A stretch of DNA of 64,000 bases from Euprymna scolopes. Its lineage: Eukaryota. Position numbers and translations under genes: made by a program. Within the stretch, counting starts at the first letter, position 1; every line of letters begins with the position of its first letter. Of this stretch, positions 1-11,707 are shown piece after piece. The stretch is taken from assembly GCA_053919585.1 (NCBI GenBank), contig CM132825.1, one strand, 5' to 3'. Below the pieces are notes generated by a model that had not been told where the DNA came from, made no database searches, and saw only the letters and a list, made by a program, of their open reading frames with translations.

Positions 1-3000
1 AAAACTAAATATAAATCAATTCAACATATTTTCAACAGTTTGAACGTCTTCATTATAAGATGTTATATTCTTTCTTCATCTAGACCCAACATATATCAAT
101 TCAATATATTTTAAACAGTTTTAACATTCACGTAATATGATGTCATATACTTTTCTCATCTAAAAATTAACTAGGCTACACAAGATGAAAACCCCAATAT
201 ATATCGATTCAACATATTTTCAACATTTTGAACGTCTACATAACAAGATGTCATATACTTTCCTCACCTAAACAATACATAGGTTAGACAAGATGTAGAC
301 CCAATTTATATCGATTCAACATATTTTCATCAGTTTTAACGTCTACGTAATAAAATGTTATATTCTTTCCTCACGTAAGGCATAAAAAGGCTGTACAAGA
401 TGAAAGACCCAATATATATCGATTCAACATATTTTCATCACTTTTAACGTCTAGGTAATAAAATGCTATATTTTTTTCTCATGTAAGGCATAACAAGGCT
501 GTACAAGATGAAAGTTCCAATATATATCGATTCAACCTATTTTCATCAGTTTTAACCTCTACGTAATAAAATGCTATATTTTTTCTCATGTAAGGCATTA
601 CAAGGCTGTACAAGATGTAGACCCAATATATATCGATTCAACATATTTTCATCAGTTTTAACGTCTACGTAATAAAATGCTATATTTTTTTCTCATGTAA
701 GGAATAACAAGGCTGTACAAGATGAAAGACCCAATATATATCGATTTAACATAATTTCATCAGTTTTAACGTCTACGTAATAAAATGCTATATTCTTTTC
801 TCACGTAAGGCATAACGAGGCTGTACAAGATGAAAGACCCAATATATATCGATTCAACATATTTTCATCAGTTTTAACGTCTACGTAATAAAATGCTATA
901 TTCTTTTCTCATGTAAGGCATAACAAGACTGTACAAGATGAAAGACCCAATATATATCGATTCAACATATTTTCATCAGTTTTAACGTCTACGTAATAAA
1001 ATGTTATATTCTTTTCTCACGTAAGACATAACAAGGATGTAAAAGATTAAAGACCCAATATATATCGATTCAACATATTTTCATCAGTTTTAACGTCTAC
1101 GTAATAAAATGTTATATTCTTTTCTCACGTAAGGCATAACGAGGCTGTACAAGATGAAAGACCCAATATATATCGATTCAACATATTTTCATCAGTTTTA
1201 ACGTATACGAAATAAAATGTTATATTCTTTTCTCATGTAAGGCATAACAAGGCTGTACAAGATGTAGACCCAATATATATCGATTCAACATATTTTCATC
1301 AGTTTTAACGTCTACGTAATAAAATGCTATATTCTTTTCTCATGTAAGGCATAACAAGGATGTACAAGATGAAAGACCCAATATATATCGATTCAACATA
1401 TTTTCATCAGTTTTAACGTCTACGTAATAAAATGCTATATTCTTTTCTCATGTAAGGCATAACAAGACTGTACAAGATGAAAGACCCAATATATATCGAT
1501 TCAACATATTTTCATCAGTTTTAACGTCTACGTAATAAAATGCTATATTCTTTTCTCACGTAAGGCATAACAAGACTGTACAAGATGAAAGACCCAATAT
1601 ATATCGATTCAACATATTTTCATCAGTTTAAACGTCTACGTAATAAAATGCTATATTCTTTTCTCATGTAAGGCATAACATAGCTGCACAAGATGGAAGA
1701 CCCAATATATATCGATTCAACATATTTTCATCAGTTTTAACGTCTACGTAATAAAATGCTATATTCTTTTCTCACGTAAGACATAACAAGGCTGTACAAG
1801 ATGAAAGACCCAATATATATCGATTCAACATATTTTCATCAGTTTTAACGTCTACGTAATAAAATGCTATATTCTTTTCTCCTGTGAGGCATAACGAGGC
1901 TGTACAAGATGAAAGACCCAATATATATCGATTCAACATATTTTCATCAGTTTTAACGTCTACGTAATAAAATGCTATATTTTTTTCTCATGTAAGGCAT
2001 AACAAGGCTGTACAAGATGTAGACCCAATATATATCGATTCAATATTTTTCATCAGTTTTAACGTCTATGTAATAAAATGCTATATTCTTTTCTCACGTA
2101 AGGCATAACAAGGCTGTACAAGATGAAAGACCCAATATATATCGATTCAACATATTTTCATCAGTTTTAACGTCTACGTAATAAAATGCTATATTCTTTT
2201 CTCACGTAAGGCATAACGAGGCTGTACAAGATGTAGACCCAATATATATCGATTCAACATATTTTCATCAGTTTTAACGTCTACGTAATAAAATGCTATA
2301 TTCTTTTCTCACGTAAGGCATAACGAGGCTGTACAAGATGAAAGACCCAATATATATCGATTCAACATATTTTCATCAGTTTTAACGTCTACGTAATAAA
2401 ATGCTATATTCTTTTCTCACGTAAGGCATTACAAGGCTGTACAAGATGACAGGCCCAATATATATCGATTCAGCATATTGTCATCAGTTTTAACGTCTAC
2501 GTAATAAAATGTTATATTCTTTTCTCACGTAAGGCATAACGAGGCTGTAAAAGATGAAAGACCTAATATATATCGATTCAACATATTTTCATCAGTTTTA
2601 ACGTCTACGTAATAAATTGCTATATTTTTTTCTCATGTAAGGAATAACAAGACTGTACAAGATGAAAGACCCAATATATATCGATTCAACATATTTTCAT
2701 CAGTTTTAACGTCAACGTAATAAAATGCTATATTTTTTTCTCATGTGAGGCATAACAAGACTGTACAAGATGAAAGATCCAATATATATCGATTCAACAT
2801 ATTTTCATCAGTTTTAACGTCTACGTAATAAAATGCTATATTCTTTTCTCATGTAAGGCATAACAAGACTGTACAAGATTAAAGACCCAATATATATATC
2901 GATTCAATATATTTTCATCAGTTTTAACGTCTACGTAATAAAATGCTATATTTTTTTCTCACGTAAGGCATAACGAGGCTGTACAAGATGAAAGACCCAA

Positions 3001-3055
3001 TATATACTGATACAACATTGTTCAAGTTGTTACGTCAACGTAATAAATATCATAG
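1..3055. repeat. 108-bp tandem satellite (~28 units; homogeneous from ~300, degenerate at 5' edge)
   Basis: Unit CCAATATATATCGATTCAACATATTTTCATCAGTTTTAACGTCTACGTAATAAAATGCTATATTCTTTTCTCAYGTAAGGCATAACRAGGCTGTACAAGATGAAAGAC. AATATATATC recurs at 841, 949, 1380 and 1920 (period 108, occasionally 107). Confidence 0.97.
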
Positions 3056-3059
3056 TATT

Positions 3060-3986
3060 TGTTGGAATTTTTTTTCTACCAATAATGGTGCATTCCTCCC
3101 TGTTTACATTTATTATTGTTTATCTGTGTCTTATATATGATTTTTTGTATTTTTTATCCTTTAGGATTTTTTAGTTTCGTATATTTTGGGGTTTGTACGA
3201 AACTCCCTTTAATTTGGAGAAAAGGGAAATGCTTGCTCTGTGGTGACGTCACGAGCCCAGCGCGTATTTCGTCCTCTTTTGAAATTCTGCTGACGTGGAG
3301 AGTGAACGTGTTCATTGCCCGGCGCTGAAAATGGAATTTTGAAGAGCCTCATTCAAAGAAGTAAACCCGGCAAGAAATTAATACCCGGCTGTTACGAGAC
3401 AGACTTCTGGAAATTAACTACGTGGCTGCGGTCTTGCGCGTATTTATTTTACAAGGAGTGGAATTTAAAGAAAATACTTTTTTATGTGACAAGGAATTAT
3501 GGAATTTCCTATCCGGACAAGCGACGAGGTCTTGCTCCTGTAATACATGTGTGTCTCTACGGTTTGCATGCAACATGGAGGGAAGGAAAATTCTAAAAGA
3601 ACTTTAAACAAAAAAAAAAAAAAGGCACGTGCCTGACTGGCTTTCAATTGTGAATACGCTCCTAAAATTAATTTCATATGCGAGTTTGATTAGGAGATAC
3701 TACTATTTTGTACATTATTGTTGTATTCGTTTATGGATACACACAACTTCTTTATAAGAACCAGTGTTGTTATTTTTTTTCATTACATGTTACGTTGGCG
3801 TTTTTTAAGTTTAATGCCCGCAAAGGGAAAAATTTGCAAGTTATTGTAAATAAAGTTTCTTCTTCGTTTCAAAGCAAGACATTTATATTTTATTCTTTAC
3901 CCCCTCCCCCTCTTTTGTTTCATGCTTTTTTTTCAGCTTAGTTACTTTAGCGTCAAATTTATTTGGAAGCAAGATAAATTCCGACA
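3060..3986 (+). mobile_element. Solo LTR inserted in the 108-bp satellite
   Basis: Starts TGTTGGAATTT and ends AAATTCCGACA (11-bp terminal inverted repeat, 1 mismatch). AATAAA at 3849. Flanks TATT/TATG (imperfect 4-bp TSD). Satellite resumes immediately after. Confidence 0.75.
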
Positions 3987-4658
3987 TATGTTCTTACCTA
4001 AAGTATAACAAATGCTTGACAAGATAGAAAACTTAATATCTACTGATTCAACAATGTTCAAGTTTTAACGTCTACGTTATAAGGTATCATATTATTTTCT
4101 TACCTAAACCATGATAAGTTTTGAACAGATGAAAACCCCAACGTCCACCGAATAAAAGTATTTTCAACAGTTTAAATGCCTACATACTATCATGCCATAT
4201 GTTGTTTTTTTCTTACTCACCTTAACAATATCAAGTTTGAATCAGATGAAAGACCAAATATCTACCGATACAACATATTTGCGGCAGTTTTAAGGTCTAC
4301 GTAATTAGATGTCATATCCTTTTCTCGCCTAACCTATAACAAGTCTTAACAAGATGAAAGACTCCATATCTACCTATTCCAAATGTTTTTAACAGTTTTA
4401 ACGTCTACGTAATAAACTATCATATTCTTTTCTCACCTTAACCTTGTACAAAGCTGTACAAGATAAAAGACCCAATATCTTTAGATTCAACATATTTGCA
4501 ACAGTTATAATGTCTACGTAATAAGATGTCATATTCTTTTCTCATCTAAAAGATAATAAGATGTCATATTCTTTCTCACCTTAACCTAAACAAGCTAGAC
4601 AAGATGAAAGACGCAATATCTACCCACTCAACATATTCTTGTACTTTTGTCTACGTAA
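3987..4658. repeat. Degenerate continuation of the 108-bp satellite (~6 units)
   Basis: Recurrent diverged motifs ACAAGATGAAAGAC, TTTTAACGTCTACGTAATAA and GTCATATTCTTTTCTC at roughly 108-bp spacing. Confidence 0.85.
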
Positions 4659-4762
4659 CTCTTTTCCGACCATGTCTGCATGGGTAAAATTTATTTGAAT
4701 ATTAGAGAAGACGTTTGTCTTTATTACCAACCTAAATTTTTTCTTCATGCTCAGAAAAAGAA
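4659..4762. mobile_element. ~100-bp piggyBac-like miniature element
   Basis: GTAA|CTCTTTTCCGACCATG ... CATGCTCAGAAAAAGAA|TTAA: degenerate terminal inverted repeats with TTAA-like flanks. Confidence 0.4.
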
Positions 4763-4846
4763 TTAATATCTATGCAGCAACTACTTTTCATTCATCTTAG
4801 CAAATATATTCCCAGGACGGCTTACAATAGTGATATTTGGAGGTAT

Positions 4847-5303
4847 TTCTTCGTTATTGTAGCGAAATTTTAAAATTGAAATATTGAATTCCAAGTAAAT
4901 TCAATGGTATGTGCTGAATTTTCATGGCGCAGTAAGGAACATATCCAAAAATAACGAAAAACAATAGGGTAGAAAATTAATTATTAATGAAAACAGTGTT
5001 CAAAGACAATTAGTAAAAATTGAGTTTTGCTAAATTGGTCAACGATTTTGAGGTTTCAGAAAAAAAGGGGAGGTGTAACCATTTTTGTTTACGATTCGAA
5101 CCCTCTAGTTTCTTATTTTGCAAAACTCAATTTACGCTAATTGTCTTCAGAAAATATTTTCATTAATAATTAATTTTCTACCTTTTCGTTTTTCATAATT
5201 TTTGGATGTGTTCATTATTGTGGCGTGATACTTGAGTAGATACCATTGGTTTCACTTGAAATTCAATGTTTTCAATTTTCGAATTTCACTACATTAACGA
5301 AGA
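4847..5303. mobile_element. Foldback/MITE-like long inverted repeat (arms ~185 bp, spacer ~75 bp)
   Basis: TTCTTCGTTATTGTAGCGAAATTT...GTAGAAAATTAATTATTAATGAAAA...ATTGAGTTTTGC pairs with GCAAAACTCAAT...TTTTCATTAATAATTAATTTTCTAC...GAATTTCACTACATTAACGAAGAA. Confidence 0.75.
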
Positions 5304-5553
5304 AGAACCGATATTTTACCCCTTTTTGGTTAATACCTAACTTCTTTGTGCCACTCAACAACGTCTTTTCTCACACGCTATTCTCTATCTCTACAAATCT
5401 ACTATCAGATCAATGTAAGGAGTAATGTTGCTGTATTTCGGCTGGTTAACCTCTCTCACATTTGATAGTTTTTGATAAAGTGCAGAAACGTATCTGTAAT
5501 TTGATTAACACCTTCCTCTTTCTTCTTCTCTGCAATCTCTCTCTCAAACAGAC
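5290..5553 (+). repeat. Copy 1 of a ~260-bp direct duplication containing a decayed LINE ORF2 C-terminal fragment
   Basis: Matches 5869-6133. GCTATTCTCTATCTCTACAAATCTACTATCAGA reads AILYLYKSTIR, homologous to AILYLYKSHVRP of the LINE at 8790-8830. Confidence 0.8.
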
Positions 5554-5868
5554 CTGGTATTCTTCAGGTGTTAACTAAATATGCTCCTCCAGTGTTAAAT
5601 AAAAGAATTATGTTCTTATAAAAATGCCCTCGTTCGCTGTTATGCCCAAGCGTTAATTTTCAGCAAGCGGTCTCTGTCATTTCAGCCCAATGGTTCCTGT
5701 TATCAACAATGATGATAAAACCCTGCCCATAATGACATCAAGAAGAGACTCACCGACCGGTTATAGCCGACGCCATATCGACCCGTTGATGTTTCTATCA
5801 ACCAGGTGCCTATCATGTGCATATTGTTTCTTAACCAAGTAACTTTCCCGGAGTAAACGATTGTGTCA

Positions 5869-6150
5869 TACATTAACGAAGAAGAACCGATATTTGACCC
5901 CTTTTTGGTTAATACCTAAGTTCTTTGTATCACTAAACAATACATTTACTCACACGCTATTCTCTATCTCTACAAATCTACTATCAGACCAATGTAAGGA
6001 GTATGGTTGCCATATTTCGGCTGGTTAATCTCTCTCCTATTTGAAGGTTCTTGATTAAGTGCAGAAACTTATTTGTAATTTGATTAGCCCACACTCTTTT
6101 TTTTCTTGTCTGCAATCTCTTCCTCTTACAGACATGCTGTTGGTAGTCGT
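5869..6150 (+). repeat. Copy 2 of the ~260-bp duplication / decayed LINE fragment
   Basis: Offset 579 bp from copy 1. Encodes degenerate AILYLYKSTIRP..EYGCHI.AG...KVQKLICNLI. Confidence 0.8.
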
Positions 6151-6161
6151 TTTGGTATTTT

Positions 6162-6536
6162 TTTTTAGATTAGGTCCGCCTCTACAATTTTCTTTTAAAT
6201 GATAACTTTTAAAGGTTTTCGATTATGCTGAATACGAAAATCGCATTGAAATTTTGCACAAATAAGTAGTTATCGAGATATAAAAAGTTGTATTATGCAT
6301 TGTATTCTTTGGCAGCCATCTTTTTTACGCGCGTGCGCCCGCCATAAACAAATCTACTCATGCACGCGCGTAAAAAAGATGGCCGCCAAAGACTACAATG
6401 CATAATACAACTTCTTATATCTTGATAAGTATTTATTTCTGCGAAATTTCAATGTGGTTTTCGTATTCAGCATAGTCGAAAACCTTTAAAAGTTGTCATT
6501 TAAAAGGAAATTGTGGAGGTGGACCTAATCTGAAAA
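6162..6536. mobile_element. Palindromic MITE/foldback element (arms ~175 bp, loop ~25 bp)
   Basis: AGATTAGGTCCGCCTCTACAATTTTC...GCCATCTTTTTTACGCGCGTGC mirrors GCACGCGCGTAAAAAAGATGGC...GAAATTGTGGAGGTGGACCTAATCT. Confidence 0.85.
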
Positions 6537-6819
6537 TTTACCGGGGTTTTTTTTGGGGGGGGGGTGTACTTATGCATAATTTGAACCAGACGTAACTCAC
6601 TGTCCGATCGGCTTTGCTCAGAATACGACGTTAACCGCCGAGCTTCGCCGATTATGAAAGCGTTACAAACGCTGCTAAAAAAAAAAAAAAAAAAAATGAA
6701 GGAAACATGTAAACATAATAATTTTATTTTTAACAGAAGAAATAAACAGAACAAAAAATAAGTCAAGAAACAACGACCTTTCGTAACAAGTTTTTTGTTT
6801 TATGTTTTTGTAATATAAT

Positions 6820-9406
6820 CTTCAGCTAACATTCACGTATGTGGAGACTTCAATGTTCACAATGTGGAATGGTTGACCCACTCAAACAAGACCGATGATG
6901 AAGGGAGATACTGTCATGATTTCTCCATTGCTTATGATCTCGCTCAGATTGTTCACGAACCCACCTGTGTGCCCGACAATGACGGCCAGTATGCAAGTCT
7001 ACTAGACCTTTTTCTCACAACTTGCCCTGAACTATGCTCAGTTTCCGTTCTGTCTCCTCTTGGATCTTCCGATCACTCAGTTGTATCAATTAAGATAAAA
7101 ATGAAATGTAATAAGTCCTCAGACGTACATCTCCATCGTACAGTATATCGATACACTATGGCTGACTGGGATAGCTTCCGTACATTTATATCGGATCTTC
7201 CTCTGCGTTCCATGTTTAAAAAGGATGTGTTGTCTATAGTATCAGACCTGACAGAATGGTTAATTGTAGGTATAGACCATTTCATACCCTCAAAAAAGTT
7301 CCAGCAAAAACCTAACAGCCAGCCATGGTTTTCTCCAGAATGTGCTACTGCTATTGCGCACAGAAATCACTTTTTCCACTGCTTCCAACATAATAGATGT
7401 ATGGAAACTAAAGCCGCTTTCAGGACTGCCAGCAACCATTGTAATAAAGTAATAAAGAACGCAAGAGCGTTGTATGCTCAGTCCGTCAAGTCCAAAGTAG
7501 CTGAGCAGCGGCTTGGTTCCCACCAGTTTTGGCAAATAGCAAACATAATCCTGAACAGAAGCGTGTGCTCTATCCCAACTATTATCAATGGACCTGAGGT
7601 AATCTCGTCAGCATCAGATAAAGCCAAACTCTTTGCCAAGAACTTTGCAGTCAATTCTACCCTTTGCGACTAAGGCCGCCAACCCCCAATATTTCCTCCT
7701 GTATCAGAAAACACGCTATGTGATATTCAAATATCTATATGTGATGTTGCAAAGCTAATCAAAAACCTTGATTCCAGTAAAGCAACCGGCCCTGATGGTA
7801 TTCCAATCATAGTACTCAGAAAACATCAACCAGAACTAGCGCCCATACTTACAAAACTGTTTAAACGTTGTCTTAAGGAGAATTGCTTCCCATCACCCTT
7901 GAAAATCTCATCAGTATGCCCTGTATTTAAGAATTCAGGTGATCGTTCATCCCCCTCTCAGTACAGGCCAATAAGTCCCCTGTGCGTCATGAGTAAGTTG
8001 CTGGAATCTGTGTTAAATAGAGAAGTAATCAACCATCTCAGCAAAAATAACCTTCTTAGTGACACACAATATGGTTTCCGTTCTGCTAGGTCTACAGCAG
8101 ATGTGCTTACAGTTGTATCTCATAGGATTAGCGAATCTCTCGACAGAGGCAACCTTTCTAGGGCAATTGCTCTTGACATATTAAAGGCCTTTGATAGGGT
8201 ATGGCATAAAGGTCTACTTCACAAGATCTCCAGCTATGGTATAGCTGGAAATGTCTTCTCAATTATTAAATCATTTCTCTCTGATAGGTTCTTAAGAGTA
8301 GTAGTTGATGGGCAAAAATCAGAAGCTCACAGTATAAATGCTGGAGTCCCTCAGAGGTTCATCCTGGACCCAACTCTTTTCCTGATCTACATTAATGATC
8401 TTCCAAATCACCTCCTTACATCATTCATAGACATTTTTGCTGATGACACTACCATCTATGGTAGCATATCTAAGACAGTAAACGACCAAGTTCTCTCCGA
8501 TTCTCTCTCTTCTGATCTTGATCACGTTGTACAATGGGAAAAGGAGTGGCTGGTTACTTTTAATGCATCTAAAACCAAGCTTCTACCTTTACATCATCAA
8601 CGTTCTGATCCCCATCTGGCATCAATTAAAATGAATGGTTCTCATCTTGGGGAGGTCTCAAGTTTTGACAGGCTTCTGGGCTTGACCTTTACTCCTGATC
8701 TTAAATGGAATATGTACATCAAATCTGTTGCCAAGGCTGCTGGAAAAATGGTCGGATCCTTCTATCGATCCAGTAGATATCTCACTGCTGATGCAATTCT
8801 CTATCTATATAAGAGCCACGTACGTCCAAGGATGGAATACTGTTGCCACATCTGGGCAGGAGCTGCTAGAAAAGACTTGTCCTGCCTTGATAGGGTTCAA
8901 AATAGACTTTGTGGCCTGGTGGGAGATGTCCTTTTCTCTTCGCTTCAACCTCTATCTCACAGAAGAGATGTTGCGAGTTTGTCTCTGCTTTATCATTATT
9001 TTCATGGAAAGTGTTCGACTGAGCTTCAATCTATGGTCCCCCCTCGCCAAACTTTCACAAGAAACACTCGACTAACTGAAAACACTATCAATAATTCTCC
9101 CCACTCTTTATCTGTGCCTAAACCTAAACATAGATTCCATGATCAAAGCTTCTTTCTTAGAACTGCACGCCTGTGGAATTGTCTTCCGTTTTCCTGCTTT
9201 CCAGCTGTCTATAATATGGTCGTCTTCAAGTCCAACGTGAACGAGTTTCTGATGAGCCGTTCCACTTAAGTTAACAAATTTACCGAACTTCCATTACTAT
9301 CGATTACTATATTGTCCTTTTGACTACTGTACACTCTTTAACTCTTATCCTTGAGTGGCCTATCGGCCTTGATAAGTGGTGCCGCCTATGTAAAAATAAA
9401 AAAAAA
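6820..9406 (+). mobile_element. 5'-truncated non-LTR retrotransposon (CR1/L2-group LINE) with 3' UTR and A-rich tail
   Basis: Contains APE C-terminal half, RT and C-terminal domain (see next feature). The 3' UTR at 9270-9390 ends GTAAAAATAAAAAAAAA. Confidence 0.95.
6822..9269 (+). pseudogene. LINE ORF2 (AP endonuclease + reverse transcriptase) with one in-frame TAA at 7671-7673
   Basis: APE motifs VCGDFNVH, LLDLFLT, LGSSDH. RT motifs KATGPDGIP, YRPIS, QYGFR, ALDILKAFDRVWH, GVPQ, LFLIYINDL, FADD. C-terminal YKSHVRPRMEYCCHIWAG. ORFs 6864-7673 and 7899-9269 are in the same frame with no other stop. Confidence 0.95.
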
Positions 9407-9499
9407 CCTTATTAACTGCATTTTTTCTTTTTTTGTCCAACGAAAAAGTTCAAAACGAAACAGATAAGCAAAGTTCTTTTTTTTTTTTCAGTAATGGTG

Positions 9500-9613
9500 G
9501 TTCTTAACATGGCGAGGTTGGAGGGGTGTCTATTCCGAAAGCCGTTCTTTTCATGAGGAGGTTGGGGAGGGGTGTTTATTCCGAAAGCCATTCTTAACAT
9601 AAGGAGGTTTGGG
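9500..9613. repeat. Short tandem repeat (~44-bp unit, ~2.5 copies)
   Basis: TTCTT..CAT...GAGGTTGG.GAGGGGTGT.TATTCCGAAAGCC repeated. Confidence 0.7.
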
Positions 9614-9702
9614 GTACATTGCGTGCGCATGCATCTCCAACCCATCTATTCTTCTCAGTTCTTCTTTTGCCGATGATACACTTGTCACCACAGGAAACGC
9701 AG

Positions 9703-9792
9703 TTTATTTATTTATTTATTTATGTTATTTTATTTTATTTTATTTATTTATTTATTTATTTTATCTATTTATTTATTTATTTATTTATTTTT
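9703..9792. repeat. (TTTA)n microsatellite
   Basis: Direct reading. Confidence 0.9.
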
Positions 9793-10488
9793 GACCGCTT
9801 GTTTCAGCGTCATCAAATATTTTTCCAAACTGGAGATATTCATTTTTTTGTTTACAGTTTTTAGAAAAGGGCTGTGAATGATTTTTATTTCCTTCCAATT
9901 TGCTTTGAAAAGTTCGTCTGCTACTTTGCAGTGCATTGATGGGCTGATCGATGTCTTATGTCACATTACAGTCAAACCTGAGCACATTACGTCATGTTCC
10001 GAACAAAGCCGATCAAACGCTGAGTTACGTCTGCTTCAAATTATGCACAAGTACCCTTTTTTTAATATATCAATTGCACGTGTCCTTCAGAATTGTCTGA
10101 TCTATTCCCTGTTTCATGAGTTTCAGTTTATATGTGGCAAAGTTAGGAGATAGAAAGTGTGTACGATTTAAATTACACGTTGGTCCTTCTAATCAAACTT
10201 GTTTTTCTTCGTAATCCACAAGGCCAGAAGAAGGAGTATCCATGCAGCAATCCTTTCTGCCACTCAACATGACTCTTCTTTATTACTCCTATCTATAAAT
10301 AGGATTGATGCTGCTTTTCAGTTCCAAGAGACAATGGATACCCCCTGTATGGGTAGCTGCGCATGTAATTGTGAAGCACGGGTTGCGCAATAACTAACCA
10401 CACCTTTTCTGAATCGACACTGTTTAAGTCTAGTGGCAAGGAGAGGCTCAAGAGTGAGTAGAAACAATACCTAGATAAGTTGAGAGCA

Positions 10489-10558
10489 CATACAGCACCT
10501 GGAATTCCCAAATGGTCACCCATTTTAGTACTGACAGGGATCAACATTGCTTAACTTC
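10489..10558 (-). pseudogene. 5S rRNA-derived fragment (3' ~70 nt with box A / box C internal promoter)
   Basis: Minus strand GAAGTTAAGCAATGTTGATCCCTGTCAGTACTAAAATGGGTGACCATTTGGGAATTCCAGGTGCTGTA aligns by eye to metazoan 5S ...GAAGTTAAGCAACG..GGCCCGGTTAGTACTTGGATGGGTGACCGCCTGGGAATACCGGGTGCTGTAG. Confidence 0.85.
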
Positions 10559-10750
10559 AAATCTACTATCAGGCCATGTAAGGAGTATTGTTGCTATATT
10601 TGGGCTGGTGAATTTCTGCCCCATATGATGGTTTTGGATAAAGGGCAGAAACTTATTTGTAATTTGATTAGCCCTCACCCTCACCCTCACCCTTTTTTCT
10701 TATCTTCAACTTCTCTTACAGACATGATGTTGCTTGTCTTCTTTTTTTAT
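10559..10750 (+). mobile_element. Decayed LINE ORF2 C-terminal fragment (same type as 5370-5550 and 5950-6150)
   Basis: ORF 10547 reads KSTIRPCKEYCCYIWAG...VLDKGQKLICNLI. Confidence 0.85.
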
Positions 10751-10767
10751 CTATATATTAATACGAT

Positions 10768-10770
10768 TGT

Positions 10771-10847
<77 letters not shown>
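10768..10847. repeat. (GT)n microsatellite
   Basis: Direct reading. Confidence 0.98.
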
Positions 10848-10851
<4 letters not shown>

Positions 10852-10865
10852 GCTTACATCTTTTT

Positions 10866-11291
10866 CTTCTGGGTGTCCGGTATTATCCGGGTATTTGGAG
10901 GTGTGTGTTTAGCAAAAAAAAAAATGGTAATAGGCAGGTAAGCTCGAACCCATACCACGAGAGAGGAAAAGAATGTGAAAAATAAAAAGACGTAACGATT
11001 TTGCTGTTGCGTCCATCATCAAACCGGAAGTGGCGACGGTCTAAATTAAGGCTAGTCAATCGAAAAGAGGGGATGATGTTCCCTGTAGAAAAGTGCCCAG
11101 TTGAGTGTGAAGGAATTAATGTTTGAGCCAATTTTTTGATGTCTGTTGTCCAAAGGGTCGAGCTTCAAAACGATACCAATCTTGTGAAAACCCATCGCCT
11201 CTGTTAAAAGTTTTAGGTAGACATACATACATACATACATACATACATACATACATACATTTAAACAGACGGTTGAGATTCATATTATAGA
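10866..11291 (-). mobile_element. Non-autonomous Helitron, family A, copy 1
   Basis: Minus strand starts TCTATAATATG, then (TGTA)n. Body homologous to 24424-24944. Degenerate 3' hairpin CCCGGATAATACCGG. Confidence 0.8.
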
Positions 11292-11707
11292 CAAGCCTGG
11301 GGGCCCGGTGTTGCCTGGGTGTTTGGAGGTGTGTGTTGAGCAAAAAAAAATTTTTTAAGTGTTGATAGGTAGGTAGGCTCGACCCGTACCATGAGGGAGG
11401 AAAAGAACATGAAAAAAAAGGTGATGTCTTTGCCGTTGCGTCCATCACCAAACCGGAAGTGGCGAAGGTTTAAATTAAGGCTAGTCAATCAAAAAGAGGG
11501 ATGATGTTCGAAAATATTGGCGAAAAAATTGACCTCTCCTTGTAGAAAAGCGCCCCATTGAGGGTGAAGGAATTAATGCTTTTAGCCAATTTTTCAATAT
11601 TTGTCATCCGAATGGTTGAGCTTCAAAATGATACCAATCCTAAAGTTTTATACATACATACATACATACATACATACATACATACATACATACATACATA
11701 CATACAT
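11292..11707 (-). mobile_element. Non-autonomous Helitron, family A, copy 2 (head-to-tail with copy 1; 5' tip missing)
   Basis: 3' end CCCAGGCAACACCGGG-CCCCCAGG-CTTG directly abuts the TC of copy 1. (TACA)n at 11650-11706. Confidence 0.8.

Larger units (their letters stand above)
6562..10056. mobile_element. Non-autonomous TIR DNA element (~70-bp TIRs) enclosing the LINE
   Basis: GTACTTATGCATAATTTGAACCAGACGTAACTCAC...GATCGGCTTTG (6566-6616) is the reverse complement of CAAAGCCGATC...TGAGTTACGTCTGCTTCAAATTATGCACAAGTAC (10004-10054). The similarity also shows in the mirrored ORF peptides SEQSRS.[S/A]ELRL.QIMHKY. Confidence 0.6.

Noticed and set aside
1-3055. CRISPR or coding interpretation of the 108-bp repeat
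   Set aside because: Whole units are repeated with no variable spacer and no long ORF in any frame.
3116-3941. Several short ORFs
   Set aside because: They lie inside a solo LTR, show no recognisable motifs and mostly use non-ATG starts.
9609-9794. SSFADDTL peptide resembling an RT catalytic motif
   Set aside because: Only a few residues match and the ORF runs into a (TTTA)n tract. It may be a tiny LINE scrap but is not supportable.
10489-10558. Functional 5S rRNA gene
   Set aside because: The 5' ~45-50 nt are missing, there are many substitutions and no T-run terminator.
10734-11488. ORFs with CVCV / MYVC repeats (also 22661-23043, 24408-24645)
   Set aside because: Translations of (GT)n, (TGTA)n and CA-rich microsatellites.
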